The notes under the pieces are model-generated. The model ran no database searches, had not been told where the DNA came from, and saw only the letters and a program-made list of their open reading frames with translations. This document shows positions 29,658-43,495 of a stretch of DNA of 64,000 nucleotides, piece after piece. Every line of letters starts with the position of its first letter. Positions within the stretch are counted from its first letter, which is position 1. Source of the stretch: the human T2T-CHM13v2.0 reference genome, Homo sapiens. The position numbers were made by a program, and so were the translations under genes. The DNA is taken from assembly GCF_009914755.1 (NCBI RefSeq), contig NC_060935.1; one strand, given 5' to 3'.

Positions 29658-31525
29658 GCATGAATTGCTCATTCTGGCCCAGAGTGGGTGGATTGAATAC
29701 TCTGTTAGACATTAATTCCTTTGGGAAAGGCTGGGATAGGTTTCCTTTGGAAAGGATTGGGAAAGAAAAGAAAAACAGAAAAAATTATTAGGGCCACAGA
29801 AAAGTAGAACAGAGAAGTGCTCCATGATACCTGACACGTGCTTAACACATTTTTTAAATAAATTATATGAATGATTGAATTCTTGGAACTGAGTAAAAGA
29901 ATAGAAAGTACAATAAAATAAAAACAGAAAAAATGAAAAGAAATAGTCTTACGATGATGAAAACAAGTAGGAGTTGATTAGAGGGGAAAAAGTCAATAGC
30001 CAAATTTAAGAGATTAGAGGAACAAACAACTCTCAGACAGACTTCCTCCTGTGGTTACCTGAAGCTCCAGACTCATGTACCAGTCCCAAGTACACAAGAA
30101 AGAGATCCTTCACAAGTCCCTGGATTTTCTCAGATTTAACCAACGAGACACTCTGTGGCTGTCCCTGAACTAATCATGGTGGCCCAGGGTAGGCTGGCTG
30201 GGGGATGAATGATATCAATTGGCCAGGTCTGGATCACAAGTCCTGCCCTAACAACAGCTTATTAGAGAAATTTGGCGTGCTTATAGGCTAGGCTGAGGCA
30301 CTTGCTCCATTAGTGGGGCTGGGGGATGGAACCCCATCCGAAGCACAGAGAATGAGAGTGGGACAGGTGTGCTCTCCCACTCTGGGCACACTCCTCACTC
30401 CTCAAAGAGTGGAGTGTGTGTGCCGAGTTGCCAAAACTTTAAAATGTCTTCTACATCAACTTTTTCTATTTTTTTTTTCTTGAGTAACTCTTCATTGTTC
30501 GAGAGTATACTGAAGCATTACTTCCTTAAGGAAACTTCCCCTGACTTATCTTTGACTCCAGATTAGATGCCCCAGAACATAATGTGTGTTCTCATAACTC
30601 TCCCTTCCAGAATAGGGGCTCCTTCAAGGCAGGGGCTTTGTCTTTTTTCCTCCATATCCCTGGTACTGATGGCAGGGCTTGGTATAATTAATATTTGTTG
30701 GATAACTGAGAGAGAATAAATGCACGGACACTTGCAGGAGTGTGTCTCAGAGTAAGATGTGGCCTCTTACCCCCAAAAGGGACACAGCTACATTGGGATG
30801 GCTGCACCCAGGAGTGGTGGAGCTTTTGCTCAAGCAGAAGCCAGTATTTATGGAGCTGGAGCTAGGATGGGAGCTCCAAGCCAAGCAAATAGACCGAGAA
30901 TGGGGAAGGGGGCTTCACCTCTCCAGGAGAAGATTGTCAGGCACCTCCCAAGTGGTGCTATTGTTTCAGGCTTCCAGACACCAGGGACTGAGTCTGCCCT
31001 ACGTCTAGGTCCCCAGGAAGGCATCTGGTCATCTCAAGTCTTAGAATTCTGTTTTTCTCATGTCCACCCCTTTTCTTCTATTGCACCACCCACTTCTGGT
31101 CTCATAACAGTGTCTCTGCCCCTCAACTTTGCTCTGCCTTTTCCTCAACTCCTTTAAAACTTGCACACCACTGCCATAGAAGGGTCCTTGAACACATGAT
31201 TATTATGTCACCCATTTTGTGAAAAACCTCAGTGAGTCTCAGTGCTTCCAAGATAAATTTTAAATTCTCCAACCCGGAATTAAACTTGTCAGTCTATCTC
31301 CGGGACTTACCTGCATCCTTATCTCTCACTCCTCACTTCCTAGACCTGTGCACCAGCCTATAACCTGCACTTCCCATTCCATCTGCACTGCTTCCTCCTC
31401 ACTGTACATCAGTTGTCCCACTTAGTGTCCTCACTTTTCCCTTTTGTTATCCAATCCTACTTCTCCTTAATTCTTGCAATTGTCTGACCTCTTGTAACCA
31501 CAGCAATCTTTTCATTCTCCAAACC

Positions 31526-31966
31526 TTTTTTTTTTTTTTTTTGAGACAGGATCTTGCTCTGTCATCCAGGCTAGAGTGCAGTGGTGCGATCTTGGCTCAC
31601 CAGAGCCTTAACTTCCCAGGCTCAAGTGATCCTCCCACCTTAGCCTCCCAAAGTGGGATTACAGGCATGAGCCACTATGCCTGGCTATTTTTTTTAAGAC
31701 GGAATCTTGATCTGTCACCCAGGCTGGCATGATCATGGCTCACTGCAGCCTTGATTTCCCAGGCTTGAGTGATCCTCCTGCCTCAGCATATCAGGTAGCT
31801 AGGACTACAGGCGGCCCACCACCATGCTCGGCTTTTTTGTTTGTTTGTTTGCAGAAACAGGGTCTCACTATGTTGCCCAGGCTGGTCTCAAACTCCTAGG
31901 CTCAAGAGATCTGCCTGCCTTGGCCTCCCATTGCTGGGATTACAGGTGTGGACCACTATGCCTGGC
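31526..31966 (-). mobile_element. Adjacent old Alus (monomer + AluJ-like)
   Basis: Two consecutive minus-strand Alu matches with T tails at 31526 and 31688. Confidence 0.82.
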
Positions 31967-32434
31967 CTCCCTGAACTATTACGTTCCTAGAAATGTTGAG
32001 CCTGTATCTGTTGTATCAATCATTCACTTGACACTTAATTATCTAAGCCCATTATTTGATTACAAACTTTTGTACACCATCTAGTCACAGGCTGAGAATG
32101 CAGTAAATGTGCAATGAGTGTTAGTTAAATGAAAAAGCAAAGGGGAACATGTTGAGTGGAAAGGGGCAAATTTGTAGTGTGGCTTTAGAGTTCTTTGGAT
32201 TTGTTTTAGTTTGATTGTGAATACTGCTTGGGCCCTTTGGCTTGCCACTTCATTGCTGAATCTCATTTCCACATTAGTAAATTGAGGATAATCTTCCGAG
32301 CCCTACAGAGGTTGCAGCTTATAGTGAACACCAAATGAGAGGTCATACATGCAATACTTTATAAACTCCTAGTGGTAAGCTATTAGGTCTTCTCTTTTCA
32401 TTTCAATTAAAAATGTTTTTCTTCTTACTTTTAG

Positions 32435-32679
32435 ACTTGCAACCTTATTTCTCGAAAGAGGGCCCAACAGGATAGGCAGTATTTACAAAAAGGCTGTTTA
32501 CAGACGCTTCACGGATGGAACCTACTCCATAGAGATCCCCAAACCTCCCTGGCTTGGATTCCTGGGCCCCATCTTGAGGGCCGAAGTGGGTGATGTGATT
32601 GTCATTCATTTAAAGAACTTTGCTTCTCGACCTTACTCTCTGCATCCACATGGCGTTTTCTACAACAAAGATTCAGAAG
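32435..32679 (+). CDS. HEPHL1: HEPHL1 coding exon 2 (not in ORF track)
   Basis: Acceptor cttcttacttttag|A; manual translation LATLFLERGPNRIGSIYKKAVY...LGFLGPILRAEVGD...YSLHPHGVFYNKDSE with the HxH trinuclear-copper motif; donor G|GTAAAT. Confidence 0.96.
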
Positions 32680-32747
32680 GTAAATATCAATCCTTTATTA
32701 CTGGGGTCTTGTCTCTATTTCATAAGTAAGGTAACTGTCAGAGTTAA

Positions 32748-33299
<552 letters not shown>

Positions 33300-33976
33300 T
33301 AGTTGTGCCTGATTTGCACACTAGATAAAGGGCAACATGCTCCTATCTCCGGTAGCAGCCTTGGCTGTGGGTACATTTTTATCAACAGAAGCTGATCCCC
33401 ACTCCTTGCTTCAGGCGGCTGTTTTTGGTGCTGCCTTTGTGAAGCAGCCCTGTCTTCCTTCTTGTGTGTATGTTAGGAGTTTCATTAGGGCAGTTTCTGG
33501 ATTCCTCCCTAATTGAAAAATATTAAACAACTTTCTTAGACTTTTGAGACAGAAGTATTTCTCCAACATCAAAAATATTTTTTTTGAATCCTGTATTTCA
33601 TTCTTGCTCATGACCTGGTGGAATAGGTTGAAAGGTGCTGTACCTGCTAGGTGACTGCTTCTAGGAAATGTGCCAGCACAGTGCCATTAACTCTGATGCA
33701 ACTCACATTATCATCAAGGAGGAGTTTCTGGGCATTAACAAATATCCCAAGGCAGCCTAACTTGTGAGGCAGCTGCTCCAGCCATGTCTCTATAAGCAGC
33801 GAGAGGAGAGAACTCTGATGGTGAACACACAACTGGGATTGCCCTTTGTTCTGGGCTCTTTTCCTCCACCTGGAGTGCAGCCAAGATTTGGTAGTTCTTA
33901 GTTGTTGAGGATGAGCACAAAAATTGTGCCAGGTAAACTTTAAGGTGTAACTATGAATGCATTTTCTTTAATATAG

Positions 33977-34410
33977 TTTTTTTAACTTTTATTTTAAGTT
34001 CAGGGATATAAGTGCAGGTTCGTTACATAGGTAAACTTGTGTCATGGGGATTTGTTGTAAAGATTATTTCATCACCCAGGAATTAAGCCTAGTCCCCATT
34101 AGTTATTTTTCCTGATCCTCTCCCTCCTCCAACCCTCCACCCTCTGCTAGGCCCCAGTGTGTGTTGTTCCCCTCTATGTTTCCATGTGTTCTCATAATTT
34201 AGCTCCCACTTATAAGTGAGAATATGCGATATTTGGTTTTCTCTTCCTGTGTTAGTTTGCTAAGGATAATGGCCTCCAGCTTTATCCATGTCCCTGCAAA
34301 GGACATCATCTCATTCTTCTTATGGCTGCATAGTATTCCAAGGTGTATATGCATGTCATTTTCTTTATCCAGTTTATCACTGATGGGAGTTCAGGTTGAC
34401 TCCATGTGTC
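33977..34410 (-). mobile_element. L1PA (older subfamily) 3' end fragment
   Basis: aacttttattttaagttcagggata...agctcccacttataagtgagaa L1PA 3' UTR. Confidence 0.82.
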
Positions 34411-34619
34411 TTATTTATGCTGCACGTAGCAAGTAAAGATGTACCAAGATAGTTGTGCCTGCCTTTTCAAATATGGAGAAAATAGGGGCATTTTTAAGTG
34501 TAATTTTTGTCTTCATTCCTCCATCTGTTTCTGGAAAGCATACCTTAATAGAGTTAATGGTGTCCTGAAAAATCATTTAGGCCAGTGATTCTAAAGCTTT
34601 ATAGGGCTACAAATTCTTT

Positions 34620-35070
34620 TTTCAAAAAAATTGTGGTAAAACATATGAACATAAAATTTACCATTTTAACCATTTTCAAGTGTTCAATTCGGTGGCATTA
34701 ATTACATCCACAAGGTTGTACAATCATCACCATTATCTATTTCCACAACCTTTTCATCATCCCAAACCGAAACTATATAGCCATTAATCAATACCTCTCC
34801 ATTCCTCCCTTTTGCTGCCCCACTGGTAACTTCTATTCTATTTTCTATGTCTATGAATGTGCCTTTTGTGTCTGGCTTATTTCACTTAGCATAATATTTT
34901 CAATGCTTATGTATATTGTAGTATGCATCATAATGTAATTCCTTTTAAGGCTGAATACTATTCAATTGCATGTATATACCACACTTTGTTTATCCGTTCA
35001 TCTGTTGATGAATGCTTTGGTTGTTTCCACATCTTGGCTATTGTGAATAATACTGCTATAAACATTGGTG
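34620..35070 (-). mobile_element. L1MB-like 3' fragment
   Basis: ttgtggtaaaacatat..aacataaaatttaccattttaacc L1MB-type 3' end. Confidence 0.7.
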
Positions 35071-35140
35071 CACCACAGATCTTTCTGAGCATCTGTGAGA
35101 GCCATGAGCCCTTGCACCAGAAAAATATGTATGTGCATAA

Positions 35141-35433
35141 TTTTTTTTTGAGATGGGGTCTCGCTCTGTCACTCAGGCTGGAGTGCAGTAGTACAGTCAT
35201 GGTTCATTGCAGCCTTGAACTCCTGTGCTCAAGTGATCCTCCTGCCTCACCCTCCCAAGTAGCTGGGACCACAGGCATCTGCCACTACACCTGGCTAATT
35301 TTTAAAATTTTTTCATAGAGATAGGATCTTGCTGTGTTGTCCTGGCTGGCCTCAAACTCCTGGCCTCAAGCAGTCCTCCTTCCTTGGCCTCTCAAAGTGC
35401 AGGGATAACAGTAATGAGCCACTGTGCCCAGCC
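35141..35433 (-). mobile_element. AluJ-like
   Basis: Diverged dimeric Alu. Confidence 0.87.
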
Positions 35434-35591
35434 TGTGGACAAAATTTTGAACCCACTTTTAAGAGGTTCTCAGAGTCCCTGAAAACATTCATAGGTCCTT
35501 AAATTAAGAACATTTCAAATGTTGTTTACCCAGGAAACCTTCTCTCTATCCTGTCTGCAGGACTGTCCCATTTCAGAAGTGTGTTGGTTTA

Positions 35592-36003
<412 letters not shown>

Positions 36004-37289
36004 TCATTGGGGAAATGCAAATCAGAACTACAATGAGATCTCATCTTACCCCAGCTAAAATGGCTATTATCAAAAAGACAAAAAGTACCCCCTCCAAAAC
36101 CCAAAAAACAAAAACAACCAGATACTGGCAAAGACACAAAGAAAAGAGAATACTTATACACTCTTGGTGGCAATGTAAATTAGTACAGCCACTACGGAAA
36201 ACAGTATGGAGATTCTTCAAAAAATGAAAACTAGAACTCCCATATGACCCAGCAGTCCCACTACTGGGCATTTATCCAAAGGAATAAACCTTTCATTGAG
36301 CACCCACCAGGTGCCAGACACTGACTCCCAGGTGCCAGACATTGACTCTGGGTCCTGAGAATAAAAGATGAATGAATCATAGGATGTAGTAAAAAAAAAA
36401 AAAAAAAAAATCAATGACCATAAGTATAAGGAGTTAATTTCAGTGCTCTTAATTCTGCTCCATTGATCTATATACTTATCCTTGGACCAATGCCACAGTG
36501 TCTTGATTACTGTGAAATTCTAGTAAGTTTTGAAATGGAGTCACATAAATCCTTCAACTTTGTTATTCTTTTCAAGGCTTTTTGGCTATTTAGGTTCTTT
36601 CCCTCCATATATATATTTGATCAGCTTATTAATTTTTACCAAAAAACATCAGCTAGGATTTTGATAGCAGTCGCTTTGCGTTAATTTGGTTGATAAATTG
36701 TAGGAAAATTCCATGTGCATTTAAAAACAAATGGCCATCTTACCAACATTGAGTCTTTCAATCCATGAACATGGAATTTAGGTCTTTAATTTCTCTCAGT
36801 AATGTTTTAGTTTTTAGTATACAAGATTTGCATTTCTTTTGTTAAATTTATTCCAAAGTATTTTATTTTTTCTGTTGATGTTATGAATGGAATAGTTTTC
36901 TTAATTTCATTTTTGGATTGTTTGGTGCTAGTGCATAGAAAGAATTAATTTTTGTATGTTGAAGTTATATTCTACTTCCTTGCTAAACTTGTTTGTTAGT
37001 AGATGGTTAGTGGATTTCTTGGAATTTTCTACATACGGACTTAAGCCATTGTGAATGAAGAGAGTTTTAATTCTTCCTTACCAGTCTGTATACCTTTACG
37101 TTTTTTCTTTTGACTTATTACACAGCTATAACCTTTAGGAAAATATGTAATATTAGTAGTGAGACCAGATATTCTTACCTTTTTCCCAATCTTAGGAAGA
37201 AAGCATTTTGTCTTCCTCCGTTAGGCATGAGGCTAGCTGTACATTTTTTTCTAGATGGCTTTTTATCAGATTGAGAAAGTTTCTTTCTT

Positions 37290-39412
37290 TTTTTTAATTT
37301 TGAATTTTTGTGGGAACATAGTAGATGTATATGTTTATGGGTTGCATGAGATATTTTGATACAAGCATGCAATGCATAATAATAACATCATAGTACATGG
37401 AGTATCCATCACCTCAAGCATTTATCCTTTGTGTTTCAGACAATCCAATTATACTCTTTTCGTTATTCTAAAATGCACAATTAAATTATTTTTGACTATT
37501 GTCACCCTGTTGTGCTAGCAAATAATAGGTCTTATTAATTCTTTCTAACTATTTTTTTGTATCCATTAATCATCCCCACTTCCTCCCACCTTTCCACTAC
37601 CCTTCCTGGCTTCTGGTATCCATCCTTCTATTCTGTATGAGTTCAATTGTTTTAATTTTTAGTTCCCACAAACAAGTGAGAACATGTGAAGTTTGTCTTT
37701 CTGTGCCTGGCTTATTTCACTTAACATAATGACCTCCGGTTCCATCCACATTGTTGCAAATTCTTTCTTGTGGCTGAATAGTACTCCATTGTGTATATGT
37801 ACCACATCTTTATCCATTTGGCTGCTTATTGACACAGTTTGCTTCCAAACCTTGGCTACTGTGAATAGTGCTGCAATAAACATGGGAGTACAGATATCTG
37901 ATTTCCTTTTTGGGGGGTACATTAAAATGGGGTATGTACCCATACCAGTGGGATTTCTGGATCACATGATAGCTCTGTTTTTAGTTTTCTGTGGAAATTT
38001 CAAACTGCTCTCCCTAGTGGTTGTACTAATTTACATTCCCACCAACAATGTACAAGGGTTCCATTTTCTCCACATCCTCACTAGCATTTTTTATTGCCTG
38101 TCTGTTGAATAAAAGTCATTTTAACTGGGTTGGGAGAATATCACGTTGTAGTTTTGATTTATATTTCTCTGATGACCAATAATGTTAAGCACCTTTTCAT
38201 ACACCTGTTTACCATTTGTATGTCTTCTTTTGAGAAATAGCTATTCAGGTCTTTTGCCCATTTTTTAATCTGGTAATTAGATTTTTTCCTATAGTGTTCC
38301 TTATATATTCTGGTTATTAATCCCAGATAGGTAGTTTGCAAATATTTTCTCCCATTCTATGGATTGTCTCTTCACTTTGTTGATTGTTTCCTTTGCTGTG
38401 TAGAAGTGTTTTAACTTAATGTGATCCCATTTGTCCACTTGTGCCTTGGTTGCCTGGCTTGTGGGGTATTACTCAAGAAATCTTTGCCCAGACTAATGTC
38501 CTGGAGAGTTTGCCCAGTATTTTCTTGTAGCAGTTTTATAGTTTAAGGTCTTAAAGTTTTTAATCCATTTTGATTTGATTTGATTTTTGTCTATGGTGAG
38601 AGATAGGAGTCTAGTTTTATTCTTCTGCATATGGGTATCCAGTTTTCCCAGTACCATTTATTGAAGAGACTGTCTTTTCCCCAGTGTGTGTTCTTGGCAC
38701 CTTTGTCAAAAGTTAGTTCACTGTAGATGTATGGATTTATTTCCAGGTTCTCTATTCTGTTCCATTTGTCTGTGTGTCTGTTTTTATGCCAGTACCATGC
38801 CATTTGGGTTACTATAGCTCTGTAGTATAATTTGAAGTCAGGTAATGTGATTCCTCCAGTTTTGTCCTTTTTACTTAGGATGGCTTTGGCTATTCTGGTT
38901 TTTTTGTGGTTCCATATAATTTTAGGAATGTTTTTTCAATCTCTGTGAAGACTGTCATTGGTATTTTGATAGGGATTGCTTTGGGCAGTATGAACATTTT
39001 AACAATATTGATTCTTCCAATCCATGAACATGAAATGTTTTTCCATTTTTTTGTCCTCTTCAATTTCTTTCATCAGTGTTTTATAGTTTTCATTATAAAG
39101 ATCCTTCATTTCCTTAGTTACGTTAACTTCTAGGTATTTAATTTTATTTGTAGCTACTGTAAATGGGATTACTTTCTTGATTTCTTTTTCAGATTATTCA
39201 CTGTTGGCATATCGAAATGCTACTGATTTTGTATGTTGATTTTGTATCCTGCAACTTTACTAAATTTGTAAGTTATAATAGTTTTTGGTGGAGCCGTTAG
39301 GTTTTTCCAAATGTAAGATTATATCATCTGCAAATAAGGATAATCTGACTTTTTCCTTTCCAGTTTGGATGTCCTTATTTCTTCCTCTTGTCTGATTGTT
39401 TTAGCTGGGACT
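37290..39412 (-). mobile_element. L1MA1-3-like 5'-truncated element nested in older L1
   Basis: L1MA-type 3' UTR at 37290, ORF2 remnants ([17 protein letters not shown]); degenerate TSD gagaaagtttctt (37273) / gaggaaattcctt (39414). Confidence 0.78.
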
Positions 39413-40869
39413 GGAGGAAATTCCTTTGTATTCCTAGTTTGTTGAGAGTTTTTCACTAAGTAAGTACTGGATTTTTTTCAATACTTTTCTGTATCCATTG
39501 AGATGGTCATGTGGCTTTTCTATATCTATTGAGATATATTGATATATATTGCATTAACTAATTTTTGGATGTTAAGCCAACCTGGCAATCATGGGATAAA
39601 TCCCATTTGGCCATGGCATAGAATCCTTTTTATATGCTGATGGATGCAATTTGCTAATATTTTGTTAAGAATTTTTGTGTCTAAGTCATGAAGGATATTG
39701 GTCTGTAGTTTTCTTGTGATGTTTGTATCTGATTTTGTTGTCAAGGTAATACTTGCCTCATAGAAGGAATTGGAAAGTCTCCACTCTTCTGTTTTCTGAA
39801 AGATTTTGTAAAGGATTGGCATGGATTTTTTTTTTAGTATTTGTTAGAATTTTTATATAAAACCACTGGACCTGAATTTACTTTCAGGGAGGATCTTTAG
39901 TTACTAATTCAATTTCTTGTTATAGGTATATTCCAATTTTTTATTTTTATATTTTAGTCAGTTTTGGTAACTTGTGTCTTCCTAGAAATTCGTGTGTTTC
40001 ATCTCAGTTGTCTATTATTTTGGCAGAAAGTTGCCTATAATATTTCCTTATAATCCTTTTAATTTCTGTATGGTCAGTGATGTTGCCTCTTTCATTCCTG
40101 ACTTTGGCAATTAGTGTTCTCTTTCTCTCTTGGCCAGTCTAAATGAAGTTGTCTCAATTTTGTTGATCTTTTCTAAGTACCAACTTTTGGTTTCATCTAT
40201 TTTGTATTTTTTTTCTGTTTTCTCTTTCACTGATTTCTGTTCCAATCTTTATTTCTTCTTTCTACTTGCTTTGGGTTTGTTTTTCTCTTCCTTTTCTAGT
40301 TTCTTAAGATGAAAGCTTAGGTTATTGATTTGAGAGTTTTTTTTAACTTCTGAGATAGATGACTTAAAATCTAAATTTCCTTTTTAAGCATGGCTTTACC
40401 TGTATCTCATAAATTTTGATATTTTTGTCTTCATTTTAATTCAGTTCAAAATATTTTACAATTTCCCTTGTGATTTCTTCTTTGACCTGTGGGTTACTTA
40501 GAAGTGTATCATTTTATTTCCAAATATTTAGATGATTTCAAAGATTTCTTTCTGTAGATATTTAATTTAATTCCATTGTGATTGAAAAATATGCTTTGTA
40601 TGATAGTAATCCTTTTCAATGTATTGAAACTTATTTTATGCCTAGTATGTGCTCCATTCTGGAGAATCATCCATGTGCTCTGTAAAGAGGGTATATTCTA
40701 CAGTTATTGGGTGCAATGTTCCAGAGACATCATTTAGGTATAATTGGTTCATAGTATTGTTCAAGTCTCCTATATCCTTGCTGATTTTCTGTTTAGGTGT
40801 TCTATCAGTTATTGAGAGTTGAGTATTGAAATCTTCAACAATTATTGTTGAGTTGTCTATTTGTTCTTT

Positions 40870-42790
40870 TTTTGGGGAAGGTCTGAGTGTCATTTATTAA
40901 CAACAGTTTATACAGATCTATTTTCAAAGCACAGGCACAGAGCCCTGGAGAAGAGCAGTCTCTGAACAAGGAAGCCAGGAACACAGGATGTACACATCTT
41001 TGGCAGGCATGTTTAGCCCCAGAAGGATTCAATACTTCAAGTTGGAATTCCATTGGATATTTGAGAGGGACCAAAATTGAGGGTAGAAAGAAGTCTTCAA
41101 CAGGACTCAGATCTCAGTCTAGGGCTCCTCTTGCACTATCTAAGTCCATCCGGGTATTAGGACCCTGGGGGGCAACAATCAGGCCTACCCATTTCAACAG
41201 AAGCAGATTCTTCAATCTACACTCAGTTAGTTCACACTTGTTTCCACTGGTCACACAGTTAAAGAGAATCAGCCTTATAGTAAGAGACAGACCACTTTCT
41301 CTCTGACCCTCTCCAGCACCTCTCTTCAGCTTCATCTGTGCAGGAACTGCTGGGAAAATTGAGGCCTACCTTTTCAATTCAGCTGCATGTGCTTTTACCC
41401 TCAAATCTTCAATCAACGATAGGATGGAGGCTACATGTGTACTCAGGCTGACAACTGTTCTTCCCAGTCCATCACACACATTGCCCTACCTTAGTTCTGC
41501 CAATTGCAGTACCTAGGCTGGAGCTACAGTAGACCTCAAATTGGGACCTAAAGCCAGTCTGCATAGGCACTTGGGAATTTTTCGTAGGGGAGTAGATAAA
41601 AAAGTCTTTGAATATGCGAAGAAAGAAAGAGCTTCATTTGATAATTAGACATCTGAAGTGATTTTACTTTTATTTTCTTCACTTTAAGCCAATCATGAAA
41701 TTTCACAGTGATTTCTCAGGTAGGAGCAGAAGGAAGACACTGTTACTCATTGGGGCTGTGGCCCAGTTGGCTTGAGGAAGTACAGGCAGGGTGGGTCCTT
41801 ACTGGGGCAGCTGGAGGGGCACAGACTGCTCTGCCGGAAGGTAGGTGATGATATGAGAGCATAAGAACTGGTATGTAATATCATCTGCAGCTTCCAGCTT
41901 GTGTAGCTCAATCTGGCCATCACCTGTGGTGGCCAGTGAATTGGCACTCAGCTCAGCTGCCTTGGAGACTCCCTTGGCAGAGATGATGGCCACCTTTTTC
42001 TGCTGCTCAGATTTTCCACCATGAATCTGGCCCTCTCTGATTCCTGTTGAGCCACCTGTTTCACTCCCACCACTTCTGTGAACTCCTTCCCAAAGGTCAG
42101 ATGTGTCAAGGACACATCATCCAAGATGAGCTCAAAGGTGGCTACTTAGTCTGCAAGGTCGTTGCTAACCTGCCTGGAGACCAGCTCTCTCTGGGTGATC
42201 AGTTCTCCATCATCAAAGTAAGCCATCAGTAACATGAGGATCTTTTCACATCATCCAGGATGAGCTCAAAGGTGGCTGCTTGCTCCGTAAGGTCGTTGTT
42301 AACCGGCTTGGAGACCAGCTCTCTCTGGGTGATCAGTTCTCCAGTATCAAAGTAAGCAATCGGTAACATGAGGATCTCTTAGTGATGTACAGCAGCACAC
42401 GCTCATCATAGTCCTTTCCAATGCTGTTGAAGATGTGAGGAAGCTGGCTAGTGACAGGCTGGAAGACAATGCACTCTGTGATCTTGACATTCTGTAAATC
42501 TTCACTACCAGTGATGACTGGTGTGTTATGTGATCAAGAGTAGCAGTCAACGATAATTGGTTTCTGTACCCATAGGATGAGAAAATGAGTTCCTTTCCAT
42601 ACTGCAATGTCCTGTACTCCATGGAATCTGCCAAAGATTTAGCTCTGTGCTCAGCATCCACATAATATAAGGCAGAGCCTACCGTGCCTCCTGTAACAGC
42701 TAAGGCCAGGCCAAACTTGCCAGTGGACTCTAACACTTTGGCAGCCATGTTTCCTTCTGCTGGACCCTTTCGCAGCCAGCTTCCATTCTC
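40870..42790 (-). pseudogene. Processed prohibitin (PHB1) pseudogene, full length including 5' UTR and long 3' UTR
   Basis: ATG at 42748: [18 protein letters not shown]...; C-terminus ...QSVPLQLPQ* at 41799; intronless and frameshifted; AATAAA (tttatt 40893-40898) before a short T tract; candidate TSD tgttcttt at 40862-40869 and 42791-42798. Confidence 0.92.
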
Positions 42791-43432
42791 TGTTCTTTAA
42801 ATTAAGTCAGTTTTTCCTTCCTGTATTTTGATGCATTTTTGTTAGATATGAATACATTTATAATGTTATATTTTCCTGATATATTGACCCTTTTATCGCG
42901 ACAAAATATCTTTGTCTCTAATAGCATTTCTTGTCTTAAAATCTATTTTGTCTGTTATTGATATAGCCTCTTACTTTTGCTATTTGAATTATTTTACTTT
43001 CAACTTATTTGTGTCTTTCAATGTAAGACACAATACAAACAGCATATAATAGAATTTTGCTTTTTTTCCCCCAGTTTGACAATCTCTACATTTTGATTGT
43101 GGTGTTAGACCATTCACAGTTAATGTAATTATTTATTAGTTTGATTTATATTTGTCATTTTGCTAATTATTTTCTATATGTCTTCTGTATTTTTTGTTCC
43201 TCTGGTCCTCTTTTACTGCCTTCTTTTGTGTTAAACAAATATTTCTTAGAATAATGTTTTAATTTCTGTTTATTTTTTAGCCTATATATCATTGAGTTAT
43301 TTTCTTATTGGTTTGCCTCGGGATTGTAATATGCACCCTAGTTTATTACATTTACCAACTAAATTCTGGTAAAATGTAGAAGCTTTGCTCCATAAAGCTC
43401 CATTTTCTCCCCCTCCTTTGTGCTATTATTGA

Positions 43433-43492
<60 letters not shown>
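43433..43492. repeat. (TATC)15 tetranucleotide STR
   Basis: Perfect run. Confidence 0.97.

Positions 43493-43495
<3 letters not shown>

Noticed and set aside
36307-36348. 21-bp tandem duplication ccaggtgccagaca(c/t)tgactc
   Set aside because: Two-copy slippage between old repeat fragments; nothing suggests function.
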